64,000 nucleotides of DNA from Candidatus Heimdallarchaeota archaeon (GCA_016840095.1 JAEOSZ010000066.1:13627-77626), one strand, 5' to 3'. Shown: positions 1-9,857, counted from the first letter of the stretch. Notes: a model not told the origin generated them from the letters alone. A program made the numbers and translations.

Positions 1-1620
1 TTCTATTGCAGACTTTGCAATAACGTAAGTCTTTCCAGTTCCTGCAGGACCTTGTATAAGAGAATAGTTTTTAGTTCCTAGAATTTTCTCAACAGCTTCA
101 TTTTGTATCGGATTACTTGGTATAAACTTTCCTTTCACTGGTTCAGATTCTGAATCCTCTTCTTGAATGACCAATTCTCGGAAGGCATTGCGTTTGAAAA
201 GAAGATTGAACAGACCTCGCTGTTGTCTTCTAAAACCAACATCGATAGAATACATATCTATGTTTGATACTTCTTCTTGAATTGATCTGGTTTCGATTTC
301 AACTGATGTATTTGAAATACTAGAAACTATACCAGTACTTACAAAACCTTGTTTGATATCTCCTTTGCTTAAAACAACAATATCCCCCTCTCGAAGCTCA
401 CTATTATTTTTACATGAATACAACAATTTAGTAGTATTACCTTCTTTTATCTCATTTTCTAAAGATAAATCTGTGATGGCTTTCCCTTTTGCAACTCTTT
501 GTTCTACAGATAGTTTCCACAAATCAGAAAGGTTTCTAGCTGATTCACTCTTATCGAATCTTATTAATTTTGAAAACTTATTGAAATAGTCTATGTGTGT
601 ATCAGGAAGCGCATTTTTTGTACATAATTGATCATGAGGACAAGTAGAACACCTACGTTCTTGGTTCAATCCTGCGCAAACTAAAGCGCAATAATGTTTT
701 ACAAAGCAATTTCTACACCTATTTTGTTGTGATTCAGAAAGAATAGGGGGAACGTATCCTATGTGTGTTATTCTATGAGCAATATTCCGATGAATCATAC
801 CATATCGTAAAAGCCCCCAGTTGGGACTGGCTTCTTTTTGAACAAGAGTATTTGTTCCCACATAGAGAACGCTTCCAGTATCAAGTTGTGAATTATCTAT
901 TTGTGATTGAAGTCCATATCTGTAAAGTGTAACTTGTAAAAGGTCTGAGAAACGAATATCCTTTTCTTCTGAGACCTTCCCAGTTTTTAACTCATAGATA
1001 TTATCATCAGTGTAAAGATCGATTCGTCCTCTTATTCCAAAGAACGGTGAAAGAAACAGGATTTCAGGTAAGGATTTTGGAGGGAGATGTTCAACAAAAG
1101 AATCTAGACTTTCTGCCATTTTTCTGACATCTTGAAAAACTGTTTCCTTTCTATAATTATAATATTCATACTGAAGAGAATAGGAATCAAGAACCTTAGA
1201 CAATTCTTCAGATGGTTTGGAATTATTGGAAACTGCCAAGCTTAAAGCATCATGAACAATTGAACCTCTTATGGCTATGTAAGGAGAAGGAGTATCACCT
1301 ACGATTTCATTAATATAATAACTTCTAGGACAAAAAGAAACACTGTTTGCAGCTGTTGCATTCATCAGAATATCAGGGTCTACAACTATGATAGTTTTAG
1401 AATCAGCAGAGTAGTAGTGGGATTCTTCATTAGCAACTTTATTCACATTGAAAATTTTCAATGTCGTATAAGGAGGAAGGTAATCAGCTATTTCATTCCA
1501 AGGTGACCACAGATTAAGTATGAATTGTTCTGTGTCTACATCTATAAGTACAGTGGTTAAGGGATTATCTCCATCTTTTTGAGAAAGCGTTTTCAAGAAT
1601 GCACAGTCTAGATTAAGCAT
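1..1620 (-). CDS. dna2: Dna2-like nuclease-helicase, N-terminal ~540 aa (3' end runs off the window start)
   Basis: Not in the ORF track. Hand translation of the minus strand from ATG at 1620 stays open to position 1 (MLNLDCAFLKTLSQKDG...). It has PD-(D/E)xK/Cas4-type motifs (GRIDLY..YELKTGK, QVTLY) and Fe-S type cysteines (SFCPRS ... CRNCFVKHYC). An SF1 helicase Walker A (LIQGPAGTGKT) lies at nt ~20-50. Confidence 0.7.
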   Translation of the reverse strand, partial: MLNLDCAFLKTLSQKDGDNPLTTVLIDVDTEQFILNLWSPWNEIADYLPPYTTLKIFNVNKVANEESHYYSADSKTIIVVDPDILMNATAANSVSFCPRSYYINEIVGDTPSPYIAIRGSIVHDALSLAVSNNSKPSEELSKVLDSYSLQYEYYNYRKETVFQDVRKMAESLDSFVEHLPPKSLPEILFLSPFFGIRGRIDLYTDDNIYELKTGKVSEEKDIRFSDLLQVTLYRYGLQSQIDNSQLDTGSVLYVGTNTLVQKEASPNWGLLRYGMIHRNIAHRITHIGYVPPILSESQQNRCRNCFVKHYCALVCAGLNQERRCSTCPHDQLCTKNALPDTHIDYFNKFSKLIRFDKSESARNLSDLWKLSVEQRVAKGKAITDLSLENEIKEGNTTKLLYSCKNNSELREGDIVVLSKGDIKQGFVSTGIVSSISNTSVEIETRSIQEEVSNIDMYSIDVGFRRQQRGLFNLLFKRNAFRELVIQEEDSESEPVKGKFIPSNPIQNEAVEKILGTKNYSLIQGPAGTGKTYVIAKSAIE

Positions 1621-1734
1621 TGTTAATTTTAAATCCAGAAAATGATAAATAAACATGTGGGTAAAAATTGCAAATCAGACAAATATCTAAAGAAAATAGC
1701 ACAAATTAGAAAAAAAAATAGAAGAATTATTGAT

Positions 1735-1920
1735 TTACTCGTAATCAATACATTCGTTTGGACATTCATCGATGCATAGTCCACAGTCAGTACATTCTTC
1801 TTTTCTTGCGACAACTGCTACATCTGCTAAATCATAAACGTTTTCAGGACAAATGTCCACGCAAGCTCCACAAGCTATACAACAATCAGCATCTACTTTT
1901 GTTGGCATTTTTTTATTCAC
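1735..1920 (-). CDS. 2x[4Fe-4S] ferredoxin
   Basis: 61 aa with two CxxCxxCxxxCP motifs (CIACGACVDICP, CTDCGLCIDECP). Confidence 0.85.
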   Translation of the reverse strand: MNKKMPTKVDADCCIACGACVDICPENVYDLADVAVVARKEECTDCGLCIDECPNECIDYE

Positions 1921-1977
1921 CTAGGTGTTTGAAAACCCTTTTTTACTGCTCTTTTTAAACTCTTCTCTCAAGTCATG

Positions 1978-2580
1978 TTAATCATTCATCATATCCACAT
2001 CTAATTGATCTATTATCCTATCACAAATTGGACATTTCTTACTTTTCTCCAACCATCCTAAAATCTCATTCTTATGTACAGTATGTCCACAAGGAACTAT
2101 TGTAAAAACTTCATCTGCGTCAATTATCCTTTTGTTACATATATGGCACATGGGAGTTTTCTTTCCACAACTCATACACATTATTGGACCTTCATCATCT
2201 GGTTTTTCTACTTCAGCTTCACAAAATGGACAGAAGACTCTTCGATTCTTGACCAAATTCTGATATTTGACTGCTCTTTTATACTCTAGTAAGATCATAG
2301 GATAAATGAAGATCAACAATAGTGCTGCTCCAGGTAGAGTTGTAATTAACCAAAAGAACGCATCATATGAGTTACTACTGAAATAACCTATTAATCCTAT
2401 TAAACTTAAAATCCCTGCTATGAAAGGTAAGCTATTAAGTAATTTCTTTGTTGGTTTTGTTTTTGTTCTCAAGTACATGCTTCCCTTTCGACAACCTTTC
2501 GAACAGTAATGTTGTCCTTTCATTTTCAGAAGCTGTTCATCATTGATTAAACTCCCACAAACCTTACATCTTATCCCCAT
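1978..2580 (-). CDS. Membrane protein with zinc ribbons and a C-terminal RING-H2-like finger
   Basis: N-terminal CKVCGS..CSKGC, two hydrophobic helices, then CPFC-x14-CMSC-x6-CHIC-x15-CGH-x2-H-x13-CPIC. Confidence 0.6.
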   Translation of the reverse strand: MGIRCKVCGSLINDEQLLKMKGQHYCSKGCRKGSMYLRTKTKPTKKLLNSLPFIAGILSLIGLIGYFSSNSYDAFFWLITTLPGAALLLIFIYPMILLEYKRAVKYQNLVKNRRVFCPFCEAEVEKPDDEGPIMCMSCGKKTPMCHICNKRIIDADEVFTIVPCGHTVHKNEILGWLEKSKKCPICDRIIDQLDVDMMND

Positions 2581-2693
2581 CTAACTCCACATTTCATATG
2601 ATTTTTAGCTATTTATATATTTCACAATAATTTAAGATGAAGGGATAGAAAGTGTGGTCTTAGAATTTTTGTTTTTTCTCAGAATTAATATAC

Positions 2694-3401
2694 ATGTTTA
2701 AGATTTCGTTCATCGATATGAACTCAAGATCTACACTTTCCATTTTTCTAGCTCTTCTTGTTTTGATTTCAATGAACAACATACCTATTCAAACTAGTCA
2801 TGCAGAAACATCACCCATCATTTATTCTCGAATCAGTGCGATTTCTTGGCCTTTTACATTATTTGACTCGACTAATCCTTCTCTTGTTAATTATTCTACA
2901 TTTCAAACTGAATTTACTTTTCAACTCATAAATCCGACTAATACTAGTATTACTATTGCCAATAATTGTACGATTCTATTTGCTCTCAATGCTTCTGCTG
3001 AACTACTTGATGGTGAAATTGCTACAATTACTGATACTAACAGCTGTCCCTATGCGATTACTTATGATTTACTTCCTGGTGTAAACGAATACACTTATAG
3101 AAAAAACATTCACTTCCAAGAAGCTAATCTTACAAGTTTTCCTCTGGGAAATTATACTCTTGCTTATGCTCTCCTCGGTGAAGGAGATTTCGAGTTCTAT
3201 GCATATAAATTATATCTTAAAATAACAGAAGACCTTGTAGAGATTTCTCAAGAAGATGGAAGTTTCGAAATAACAATAGTTAATGATAAGGAAATAGATG
3301 ATTTACCTAATTTAACGGAGACTCCTATTGCTTTTATTACTATTTTATTAGGATTGATACTTGCTCCTTTAGTTGTTAAATACAGAAAAAAGAAGAAATA
3401 G
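2694..3401 (+). CDS. Secreted/surface-anchored hypothetical protein
   Basis: Hydrophobic signal-like N-terminus (TLSIFLALLVLISM), many N-x-S/T sequons, C-terminal TM helix followed by KYRKKKK. Confidence 0.5.
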   Translation: MFKISFIDMNSRSTLSIFLALLVLISMNNIPIQTSHAETSPIIYSRISAISWPFTLFDSTNPSLVNYSTFQTEFTFQLINPTNTSITIANNCTILFALNASAELLDGEIATITDTNSCPYAITYDLLPGVNEYTYRKNIHFQEANLTSFPLGNYTLAYALLGEGDFEFYAYKLYLKITEDLVEISQEDGSFEITIVNDKEIDDLPNLTETPIAFITILLGLILAPLVVKYRKKKK

Positions 3402-3419
3402 ATAGCAATCTATTTCAGA

Positions 3420-5663
3420 TTATTTTATTTGTGTTGATCTTCCTCTAGCAAAGTCAGCAATAACGATATAAGAAACAATTTTAGCAAACTCTGTTGAGCT
3501 ACTTAAGATACCTACTACTTGATTTGTTGCTTCGTCTACAGCTCCTATAAGAACTTCCTCATTTTCTCTTTCTACACCGATAAACTTCGGTAATTCTACT
3601 CCAGTACCCATATCTCTAAATTTTCTGACTTCAACATTTGCTTCTGATGCATATGCATCATTTATCCAATCTCGATTTATCTGTTCATCAAGTTGAGTTA
3701 CTATGGTTACTCTAACTGTTGAAGGCAATGTTTTTACTGCTTCAAGTGGTATATAGTTCGGATTAGGGGACATAATGGTTACACTTCGTTTTGCATCTCT
3801 AATTATGCGATCCATGTGATCTTTTGTAGCTTCTAATCCTGTAATTGATGTAGTTTCTACTTTTGGTACGGGGCTTTCTCTGGTTGTTGCTTCTAATGTT
3901 CTGAAATCATTTTTCAACTTCATGGCAACTGTTAATAGATGATTTGCTGTATCAGAAAACTTACCTTCAGTCTCTGCTAAAAATCTAGTAGCTGCATCCA
4001 CTTCAGTAGTGAGATTTCCGGCTAGTTGATTTTTACTTTCAACTATTTGAGCTTTTGAAGTGCTGACTATGTCATTTGCTATGTTGCGTGTCGATTCTAA
4101 TGATTTATCTAGATGATTTGACAGTTCTGAGGAAATTGTAGAAATTGAAGAGTTGATCAAATTTACTGCTTCTTGGTACTTAGAATTTATCTCTGCTTCA
4201 CTTGCTTGAGAGAGTGTTTGCATTTGGTTATTTAGTTCAGACCACTTTTCCTTCAAGCTACCTGTTTGGGTTTCTAATGTTTGGTTAAAATTCTCATTCA
4301 ACTGAGATATTAGACCTTTATATGATTGAATATGGTCGTTTAAGCTTTCTACTATACTTGCAGCTATATTGCCAAATTGACTTGAAAAATTTTCTTCAAA
4401 GTTAGCTAATCTTGCTCTTGCAGTCTCTTGAATTTCTTGAACCTTGCTATTATAACTTTGTAATGTTTCATTATATTGTACATCAAGTTTCTGAGCAAAC
4501 ATATCCTTTTCACTTGAGAGATTATTTCGATGTGTTTGTTCGCTATTCTGGAGATCAGCATACTTGAGATTCATATCCTCTTTTATCTGTGACATAGCAT
4601 TTGACATAGTAACATTCTTTTGTTGAATAAGTTCATCAGATAATGTCTGCTTAATCTCAGTAACCTTTTCATTCAAAGCACTTACAGCTTCTTGAACTTG
4701 AAGAGATAATTCTTCCACTTTTCTGTTTAAAAGCATTTCAAGAGAAGTATTTAACTCGTTTAAAGAACCAGAAACTGTTTCGGATATTCTATCTATTGTT
4801 TCTCCTGTGGCTCTAACGGTTTCAGTTGAGAAGTTAATATTCTTGTCAGCTTGACTTTTAGTAAATGCTCTTACATCGATTTTAGTTAAATCAATCTTCT
4901 CTTCCAGTAGTTGAGGTACTTCCCCAAGGTGAGAGGAATAATTTTCTCCTAACAATTCTAATTTAGGTTTAAGAGTTTGTGAAATTTCTTCGATTGCAGA
5001 TAATTTTTCAGTTACATTCTGATTTACTTGGTTACTCAATGTTGAAGCAGTTTCAGAATTCTTCTTAGATAGATTTTCTACAGTTAAATCAATAGATGAC
5101 TGAGCATTAGATATACTATCTGTGTTATTCTGAAGTGATTCTTGCAGGAAATTTGTCAAACTTTGTTTTTGTTCTCTTTGAAGGTTAGAAACTTTACTTT
5201 TAATATCAGCAGTTTTTGATGTCAGATATTCCTTCTTCTGACTAACTGAAGTTTCCAATTCTGATGATGAGCTAGCTAATTTTTGATCTAGCTCAGTTTC
5301 TTTTCTCGAAACTGATTCTTCTAACTGTGTTACTAGATTTGCTCTTAGCTCATTGAACTCAGTTTTCTTGCTTTCCATGAATGATGATGTATTTTCAAGA
5401 TTATTTTTTACATTTGTACTTATTTGATCACTACCTTCAGCAAGATATTCTAATGGTATTCTAACAAAGAATTTCTCCAAATAGCCTTCAGATATGCCCA
5501 CAGCTCCCTTCTTCTGCAAAGCATTAAGAGCTACCTTTACCTTCGAAAAATGAAGATCTCCAAATTGTGCAATTTCAAAGGCTGTTAATTGTCCCGAACC
5601 TAATAATAGAGAATAGACTTGTTTTTCTTCTGGTGTTAGTTCTAATCTTTCTATAAAAGACAT
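3420..5663 (-). CDS. TrmB-type wHTH protein with ~500-aa coiled-coil insert and globular C-terminal domain
   Basis: N-terminus LTPEEKQVYSLLLGSGQLTAFEIAQFGDLHFSKVKVALNALQKKGAV resembles the TrmB wHTH. A long proline-free Q/S/N/E/L/K-rich stretch follows, then a ~130-aa C-terminal domain. Paralogous in architecture to 52141-54405. Confidence 0.6.
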   Translation of the reverse strand: MSFIERLELTPEEKQVYSLLLGSGQLTAFEIAQFGDLHFSKVKVALNALQKKGAVGISEGYLEKFFVRIPLEYLAEGSDQISTNVKNNLENTSSFMESKKTEFNELRANLVTQLEESVSRKETELDQKLASSSSELETSVSQKKEYLTSKTADIKSKVSNLQREQKQSLTNFLQESLQNNTDSISNAQSSIDLTVENLSKKNSETASTLSNQVNQNVTEKLSAIEEISQTLKPKLELLGENYSSHLGEVPQLLEEKIDLTKIDVRAFTKSQADKNINFSTETVRATGETIDRISETVSGSLNELNTSLEMLLNRKVEELSLQVQEAVSALNEKVTEIKQTLSDELIQQKNVTMSNAMSQIKEDMNLKYADLQNSEQTHRNNLSSEKDMFAQKLDVQYNETLQSYNSKVQEIQETARARLANFEENFSSQFGNIAASIVESLNDHIQSYKGLISQLNENFNQTLETQTGSLKEKWSELNNQMQTLSQASEAEINSKYQEAVNLINSSISTISSELSNHLDKSLESTRNIANDIVSTSKAQIVESKNQLAGNLTTEVDAATRFLAETEGKFSDTANHLLTVAMKLKNDFRTLEATTRESPVPKVETTSITGLEATKDHMDRIIRDAKRSVTIMSPNPNYIPLEAVKTLPSTVRVTIVTQLDEQINRDWINDAYASEANVEVRKFRDMGTGVELPKFIGVERENEEVLIGAVDEATNQVVGILSSSTEFAKIVSYIVIADFARGRSTQIK

Positions 5664-5797
5664 TTTTGTAAACCTCTTATTTTCAAAGTTTAATCTCTTG
5701 AAGTAAATTAATAAGGTTTCTTAAAAGGCACATGCCATTGGCATCATTGAGAATCTTTTTTAACGAGCGACATACTATTTGCAACTGTGGTAAACTG

Positions 5798-6406
5798 ATG
5801 GTCGAATATGAAATTGTTTCTTGGGATCAAAGTTATCAGATGACCTTCTATTTGTTCGAAAAAATGGCTGAAGATAATTATTCCCCAGATATTATAGTTG
5901 GAATTGCAAGAGGGGGATGGATTCCAGCCAGATTACTAGCAGATTTTTATGGAAACAAAAGAACTGCTAACATAAAAATTGAATTCTATAATAATACTTC
6001 AAGAGCTTCAGATAATCCAATTATTACCCAAGAAATTTCAGAGAAGGTTGAAAATAAAGCAGTTCTAATTGTTGATGATGTTGCAGACTCAGGCAAAAGT
6101 TTGATAGCAGCTGTTGAACACATTGAAGAGATGGGGGCTAAGGAAATTAGAACTGCTACTCTATATTACAAAAAACATAGTATTATCAAACCTGAATACT
6201 ACATAAATGAAACAGAAGCTTGGATAGTTTATCCTTGGGAATATGGAGAGTTTGCAGCTTTTCAATATGAGGAGTTAAAAGGTAAAATGCCTATAAAAGA
6301 AATTAGAAGAAAACTGAAAGACATTGGAATCCCACCACCATTAGTAGATACATATTTTACACTAATCAAAGATAAACTAAGTGACGAGGAGACAAATAAT
6401 GAGTGA
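5798..6406 (+). CDS. Purine (hypoxanthine/xanthine-guanine type) phosphoribosyltransferase
   Basis: PRPP-binding loop VLIVDDVADSGKSL and GIARGGWIPARLL. ATG at 5798 (MVEYEIVSW) is preferred over the track start at 5732. Confidence 0.8.
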   Translation: MVEYEIVSWDQSYQMTFYLFEKMAEDNYSPDIIVGIARGGWIPARLLADFYGNKRTANIKIEFYNNTSRASDNPIITQEISEKVENKAVLIVDDVADSGKSLIAAVEHIEEMGAKEIRTATLYYKKHSIIKPEYYINETEAWIVYPWEYGEFAAFQYEELKGKMPIKEIRRKLKDIGIPPPLVDTYFTLIKDKLSDEETNNE

Positions 6407-6713
6407 AGAAAATAACGAAGATGTGGAATTACCCACTGATGTAATCGACAGAGTAAATGTTGGAGTTGTCGCAGTCTCTTTAAGCTTGTATGAAGAAGGT
6501 ATGAACTTGGAAGAATTGATTGAAGTAACAGGGATAAGAACAGATGATGTAATGAAAAGTTTAGAGTTTCTAATCAACCACAGAATGGTTAGACAAAAAA
6601 TGAATTCAGAGTTCTATTTTGTTTCAAATTTCAAGAAAATGCTTCAGTTTCTTCTGTCTTCAGGCTTAATGTTCCCAATTGGTGATCAAATATCAAAAAC
6701 TAAAGAAGAATAA
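6399..6713 (+). CDS. Small hypothetical protein, possible wHTH
   Basis: ATG at 6399 overlaps the stop of the upstream PRTase (ATGAGTGA). GMNLEELIEVTGIRTDDVMKSLEFLINHRMV looks like an HTH. Confidence 0.4.
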   Translation: MSEENNEDVELPTDVIDRVNVGVVAVSLSLYEEGMNLEELIEVTGIRTDDVMKSLEFLINHRMVRQKMNSEFYFVSNFKKMLQFLLSSGLMFPIGDQISKTKEE

Positions 6714-6721
6714 ACAGCGTT

Positions 6722-8326
6722 CTACTTTCCAAGAAATGTTTCCAGTGAAGTTTGAGATCCGTTTTTGTCTTTTTTACCAGTTGGTTTTTTCTCTACTGCT
6801 TTTTCTGCTTTAGAATCATCTTTTGGTTTAGGTTTTGTTTCCTCTTTCTCTTTTGTTGTTTTTTCTTCTATCGGACTAGTTTTTTCAGGTTCATCTTTGT
6901 TTTCCTTTACAGACTCTTCAGTTTCGGGTTTCTTCTTAGGTTTTTGTGGTGTTTTTTTAGTCTGTTTTTTCTGTTTTTGTGTATAGAAAATCAAACTCTG
7001 ATTCATTGTTTTTGCTTTATCTATCCAACTTTCAGCCATTTGTAAATAGGCTTCTTCTGAGTACTCCAGAATTTTTTTTGTCAATTTGTTTGATTTATCT
7101 GTTAGAAAAAGAATATCTGATTCATCATACTGAAACCATGCACTCAAGCCTGCAGCCATCTTTGGATCAGTGTTAAAAATTATTCTAATGAATGGGAAAT
7201 AGTCTGTTTGAAAAACCTTTTGTGAACAATGTAAGTGTTTTGTGCTTTTAATTGCAATGTTTTTCAAATTAGCATTTTTAGTTCTTAACCTCGCCATCAA
7301 TGACCAATAACTTGGAAAACCATATTTAGTATATTTGAAAGCAGATGTTTTAACTAATCCAACTGAGGATATGAAGGTAAAAAAGTATTTGAGGAATTTC
7401 CAGTCTTGTTTAATGTAACATTGTTGCAAATACCTATCTGCTTCAGCAATAAGTTGGTAAATACTGAATAATTCTTCAGATGAATTTGCTTGTTTATACG
7501 CATGTTCATAAACATAAGTAAGTAATTCTCGATAATCAACATCAACTCCATCTAAAGCTCTTTTAGCTGAAGTAAAATCTTTGGCACTAAAAATATTAGT
7601 CAATGCAGAATCTAAACTGTGTTTTTGATTTCTTGGATCAAATACTAATTCTATATCTTTTAGACCAAAGGAAACGCCCTCTAAATCATTAATAGCTGAT
7701 CTTGCGTCACCACCACTATTCTTAGTGATAGCAATCAGAGTTGCTTCTTTGACATCCAATTTTTCTTTTTTGACAATCTTCTTAAGAAGAGTAAGAATTT
7801 CTTCATCCTTGAGACTCTTGAATTCTATTACTAACATATTTTTCTTTGCAGATTTCAAGGATGAAGCACTAGGATCATTCGCTGTGCAAATTATGGGGGT
7901 TCTTGTAGCTATAACGGCTCTAGCTAAAGCACTTCCACCACCCCTATCTTCATTACCAAAAAGACCATCTGCTTCATCAACTAAAATTAATTTCTTAACT
8001 CTTGCACCTTGAAGAACGGTACCTTCTGTTGAAGCCCTTCCAACCAATAACTCAACTGCTTTTTTATTTCTTTTATCACTAGCATTTACTTCTACAAACT
8101 CAAAGCCGTATTTCTTTATTAGATAATGGACAACACTAGTTTTTCCTACTCCTGCAGGTCCTGCTAGAAGAGCTACTTTTTTCCTCTGTTGGTTCCAGCT
8201 TTTTAACCAGTTTTCTAACTTCTGAACTGCCTCTTTGTTACCAACAAAATCTTCCAATTTCTCAGGACGATACTTTTCAACCCAGGGGATAACTTGGTTA
8301 CTATCTATACTAGCCATAAAGGTCAT
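6722..8326 (-). CDS. rfcL: Replication factor C large subunit
   Basis: WVEKYRPEKLEDFVGNKEAV, Walker A GPAGVGKTS, DEADG box, K/E-rich tail and C-terminal PIP box QTSLETFL. Confidence 0.9.
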   Translation of the reverse strand: MTFMASIDSNQVIPWVEKYRPEKLEDFVGNKEAVQKLENWLKSWNQQRKKVALLAGPAGVGKTSVVHYLIKKYGFEFVEVNASDKRNKKAVELLVGRASTEGTVLQGARVKKLILVDEADGLFGNEDRGGGSALARAVIATRTPIICTANDPSASSLKSAKKNMLVIEFKSLKDEEILTLLKKIVKKEKLDVKEATLIAITKNSGGDARSAINDLEGVSFGLKDIELVFDPRNQKHSLDSALTNIFSAKDFTSAKRALDGVDVDYRELLTYVYEHAYKQANSSEELFSIYQLIAEADRYLQQCYIKQDWKFLKYFFTFISSVGLVKTSAFKYTKYGFPSYWSLMARLRTKNANLKNIAIKSTKHLHCSQKVFQTDYFPFIRIIFNTDPKMAAGLSAWFQYDESDILFLTDKSNKLTKKILEYSEEAYLQMAESWIDKAKTMNQSLIFYTQKQKKQTKKTPQKPKKKPETEESVKENKDEPEKTSPIEEKTTKEKEETKPKPKDDSKAEKAVEKKPTGKKDKNGSQTSLETFLGK

Positions 8327-8386
8327 TTAGAACTAATATGTTTCAATATAAAAAACATGTGGGTATTGGGAGAAAGAGGTTAGAAA

Positions 8387-8980
8387 TTACTCTTCTGAAT
8401 CTTCCTTTTTGCCTTTGGATTTTGTAAAGAGCATCTTTCCCAAGATACCACCAGCTACTCCACCAGCAAGTCCAATTAATGGTACAAAAATAAATGATCC
8501 TAAAACTAAAGTTGCGAAGAAAGTTCCAAAGAAACGACCACCTGATCCAAAGAAAGCGGAAGTCATAATTGCAAAAATGAAATCTAGAAACAAGAAGGAT
8601 AACATAGCTGACCAAGCACCTGCTCTTAGCCCTCCTCTGGAAACTAAACCACCAGCAAAAGAACCTACTAACCATATAACTAATATCAAAACATAAACTC
8701 CTCCATTTCCTAATGTATTATCAAGACCATAGGTTTGCAAAACTGGTATAGGAATAGGAATGTTTATTCTCATAAATATATTTACAACCAAAAGAGATAG
8801 AAGTGTTAACCAAAAATGACCTCCTGCGCCATGGTCTGCAACTAGTGCTGTATTAGCAAGTTCTAGTGCTTCAATATCTAATGTAGGGAATAGAAGCAAC
8901 ATTAACAAGACAACAACAATTGTACATGTTACAAAACCAATTAAGGTTTTGTAGATACGCCTTAAGAACATATCAATCAA
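8387..8980 (-). CDS. Multi-pass membrane protein, unknown function
   Basis: Several hydrophobic helices rich in G/L/F with a basic/acidic C-terminal tail. No recognisable motif. Confidence 0.5.
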   Translation of the reverse strand: MIDMFLRRIYKTLIGFVTCTIVVVLLMLLLFPTLDIEALELANTALVADHGAGGHFWLTLLSLLVVNIFMRINIPIPIPVLQTYGLDNTLGNGGVYVLILVIWLVGSFAGGLVSRGGLRAGAWSAMLSFLFLDFIFAIMTSAFFGSGGRFFGTFFATLVLGSFIFVPLIGLAGGVAGGILGKMLFTKSKGKKEDSEE

Positions 8981-9041
8981 GTTATTTTGGATTCGTTCAT
9001 ATTTAGACCTTTGTATTTATTTGACTGCCTAATATTTACAA

Positions 9042-9797
9042 TCAAAATAATATCGATAGACATGTTAAAGACGCTTGACACTTTTCAAACTCACTCATAT
9101 TTAGTGAGATTACTTCAAAACCCGCATCTAGTACTACTTCTTGAGCATACGCGAATTTATCAGACATTATTACTGTATCAGCTACGGGTAAACAATTTAT
9201 TGAATAATATTCTTCTTTTGGAATAATTACCAATTTGAGGTTCTCCAACAATGGGTGGTTTTCATAATCAGCAGTTGTGATAACAGTTTCCTTTCCAAGA
9301 TATTTTATGTAGCTTTTTAGATGAACTATGTCTGGGTTAGTAATAGATAATACTGGAAAATCCATCCATGATCTCAATTGTTCTACTCCTTGTTGGTTAG
9401 TTCTTTGAGTAATTCCACACACCAATTTATCAGGAAGGTGCACTACATCCCCACCTTCAATAGTACCAGGTGCTTTAGCTCTCCTTACAGAAAAATACTC
9501 TTGTAATAGTTCTTCAACATCTCCATCTTCTCCTCTTCGACTTTCAAGAGCCATTCTAGTAACTAGAGCTTTTGTTCCATGAACAACTGCGTTATCTTCT
9601 ACAAAGCATGAATCTGGAAGATGATCTTTTGGTGCTAATCTAAGAAGTTCTAATCCCAATTCCTCAAGTGATTTACAATACTTCTTATGCTGTTCTTTAG
9701 CTATAGAGAAATTCACTGTGTGTCCTAATGGATGAGAAGTGATACACTTAGTATAACTTTGACCTGGTTCTCTAACTATTGCTTTTTTAGCCATCAT
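9042..9797 (-). CDS. Amidinotransferase-superfamily enzyme, DDAH-like (dimethylarginine dimethylaminohydrolase / arginine deiminase type)
   Basis: GGDVVHLPDKLVCGITQRTN and a C-terminal catalytic-Cys context ASLTCLSILF typical of the DDAH family. Confidence 0.7.
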   Translation of the reverse strand: MMAKKAIVREPGQSYTKCITSHPLGHTVNFSIAKEQHKKYCKSLEELGLELLRLAPKDHLPDSCFVEDNAVVHGTKALVTRMALESRRGEDGDVEELLQEYFSVRRAKAPGTIEGGDVVHLPDKLVCGITQRTNQQGVEQLRSWMDFPVLSITNPDIVHLKSYIKYLGKETVITTADYENHPLLENLKLVIIPKEEYYSINCLPVADTVIMSDKFAYAQEVVLDAGFEVISLNMSEFEKCQASLTCLSILF

Positions 9798-9857
9798 TAT
9801 GTTTCAAAGAATACTTTGAGGGATGAGTTTAAATATTTCTATTTCGCAGCGATTCAT

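Noticed and set aside
353-589. 78-aa plus-strand ORF at the window start
   Set aside because: It lies entirely inside the minus-strand Dna2-like reading frame, which is open from 1620 to 1 and carries nuclease, Fe-S and helicase motifs.
6752-7176. Three plus-strand ORFs rich in F/L/C/S
   Set aside because: They are antisense to the K/E-rich tail of RFC large subunit. Their low-complexity composition is typical of a mirror-frame artefact.
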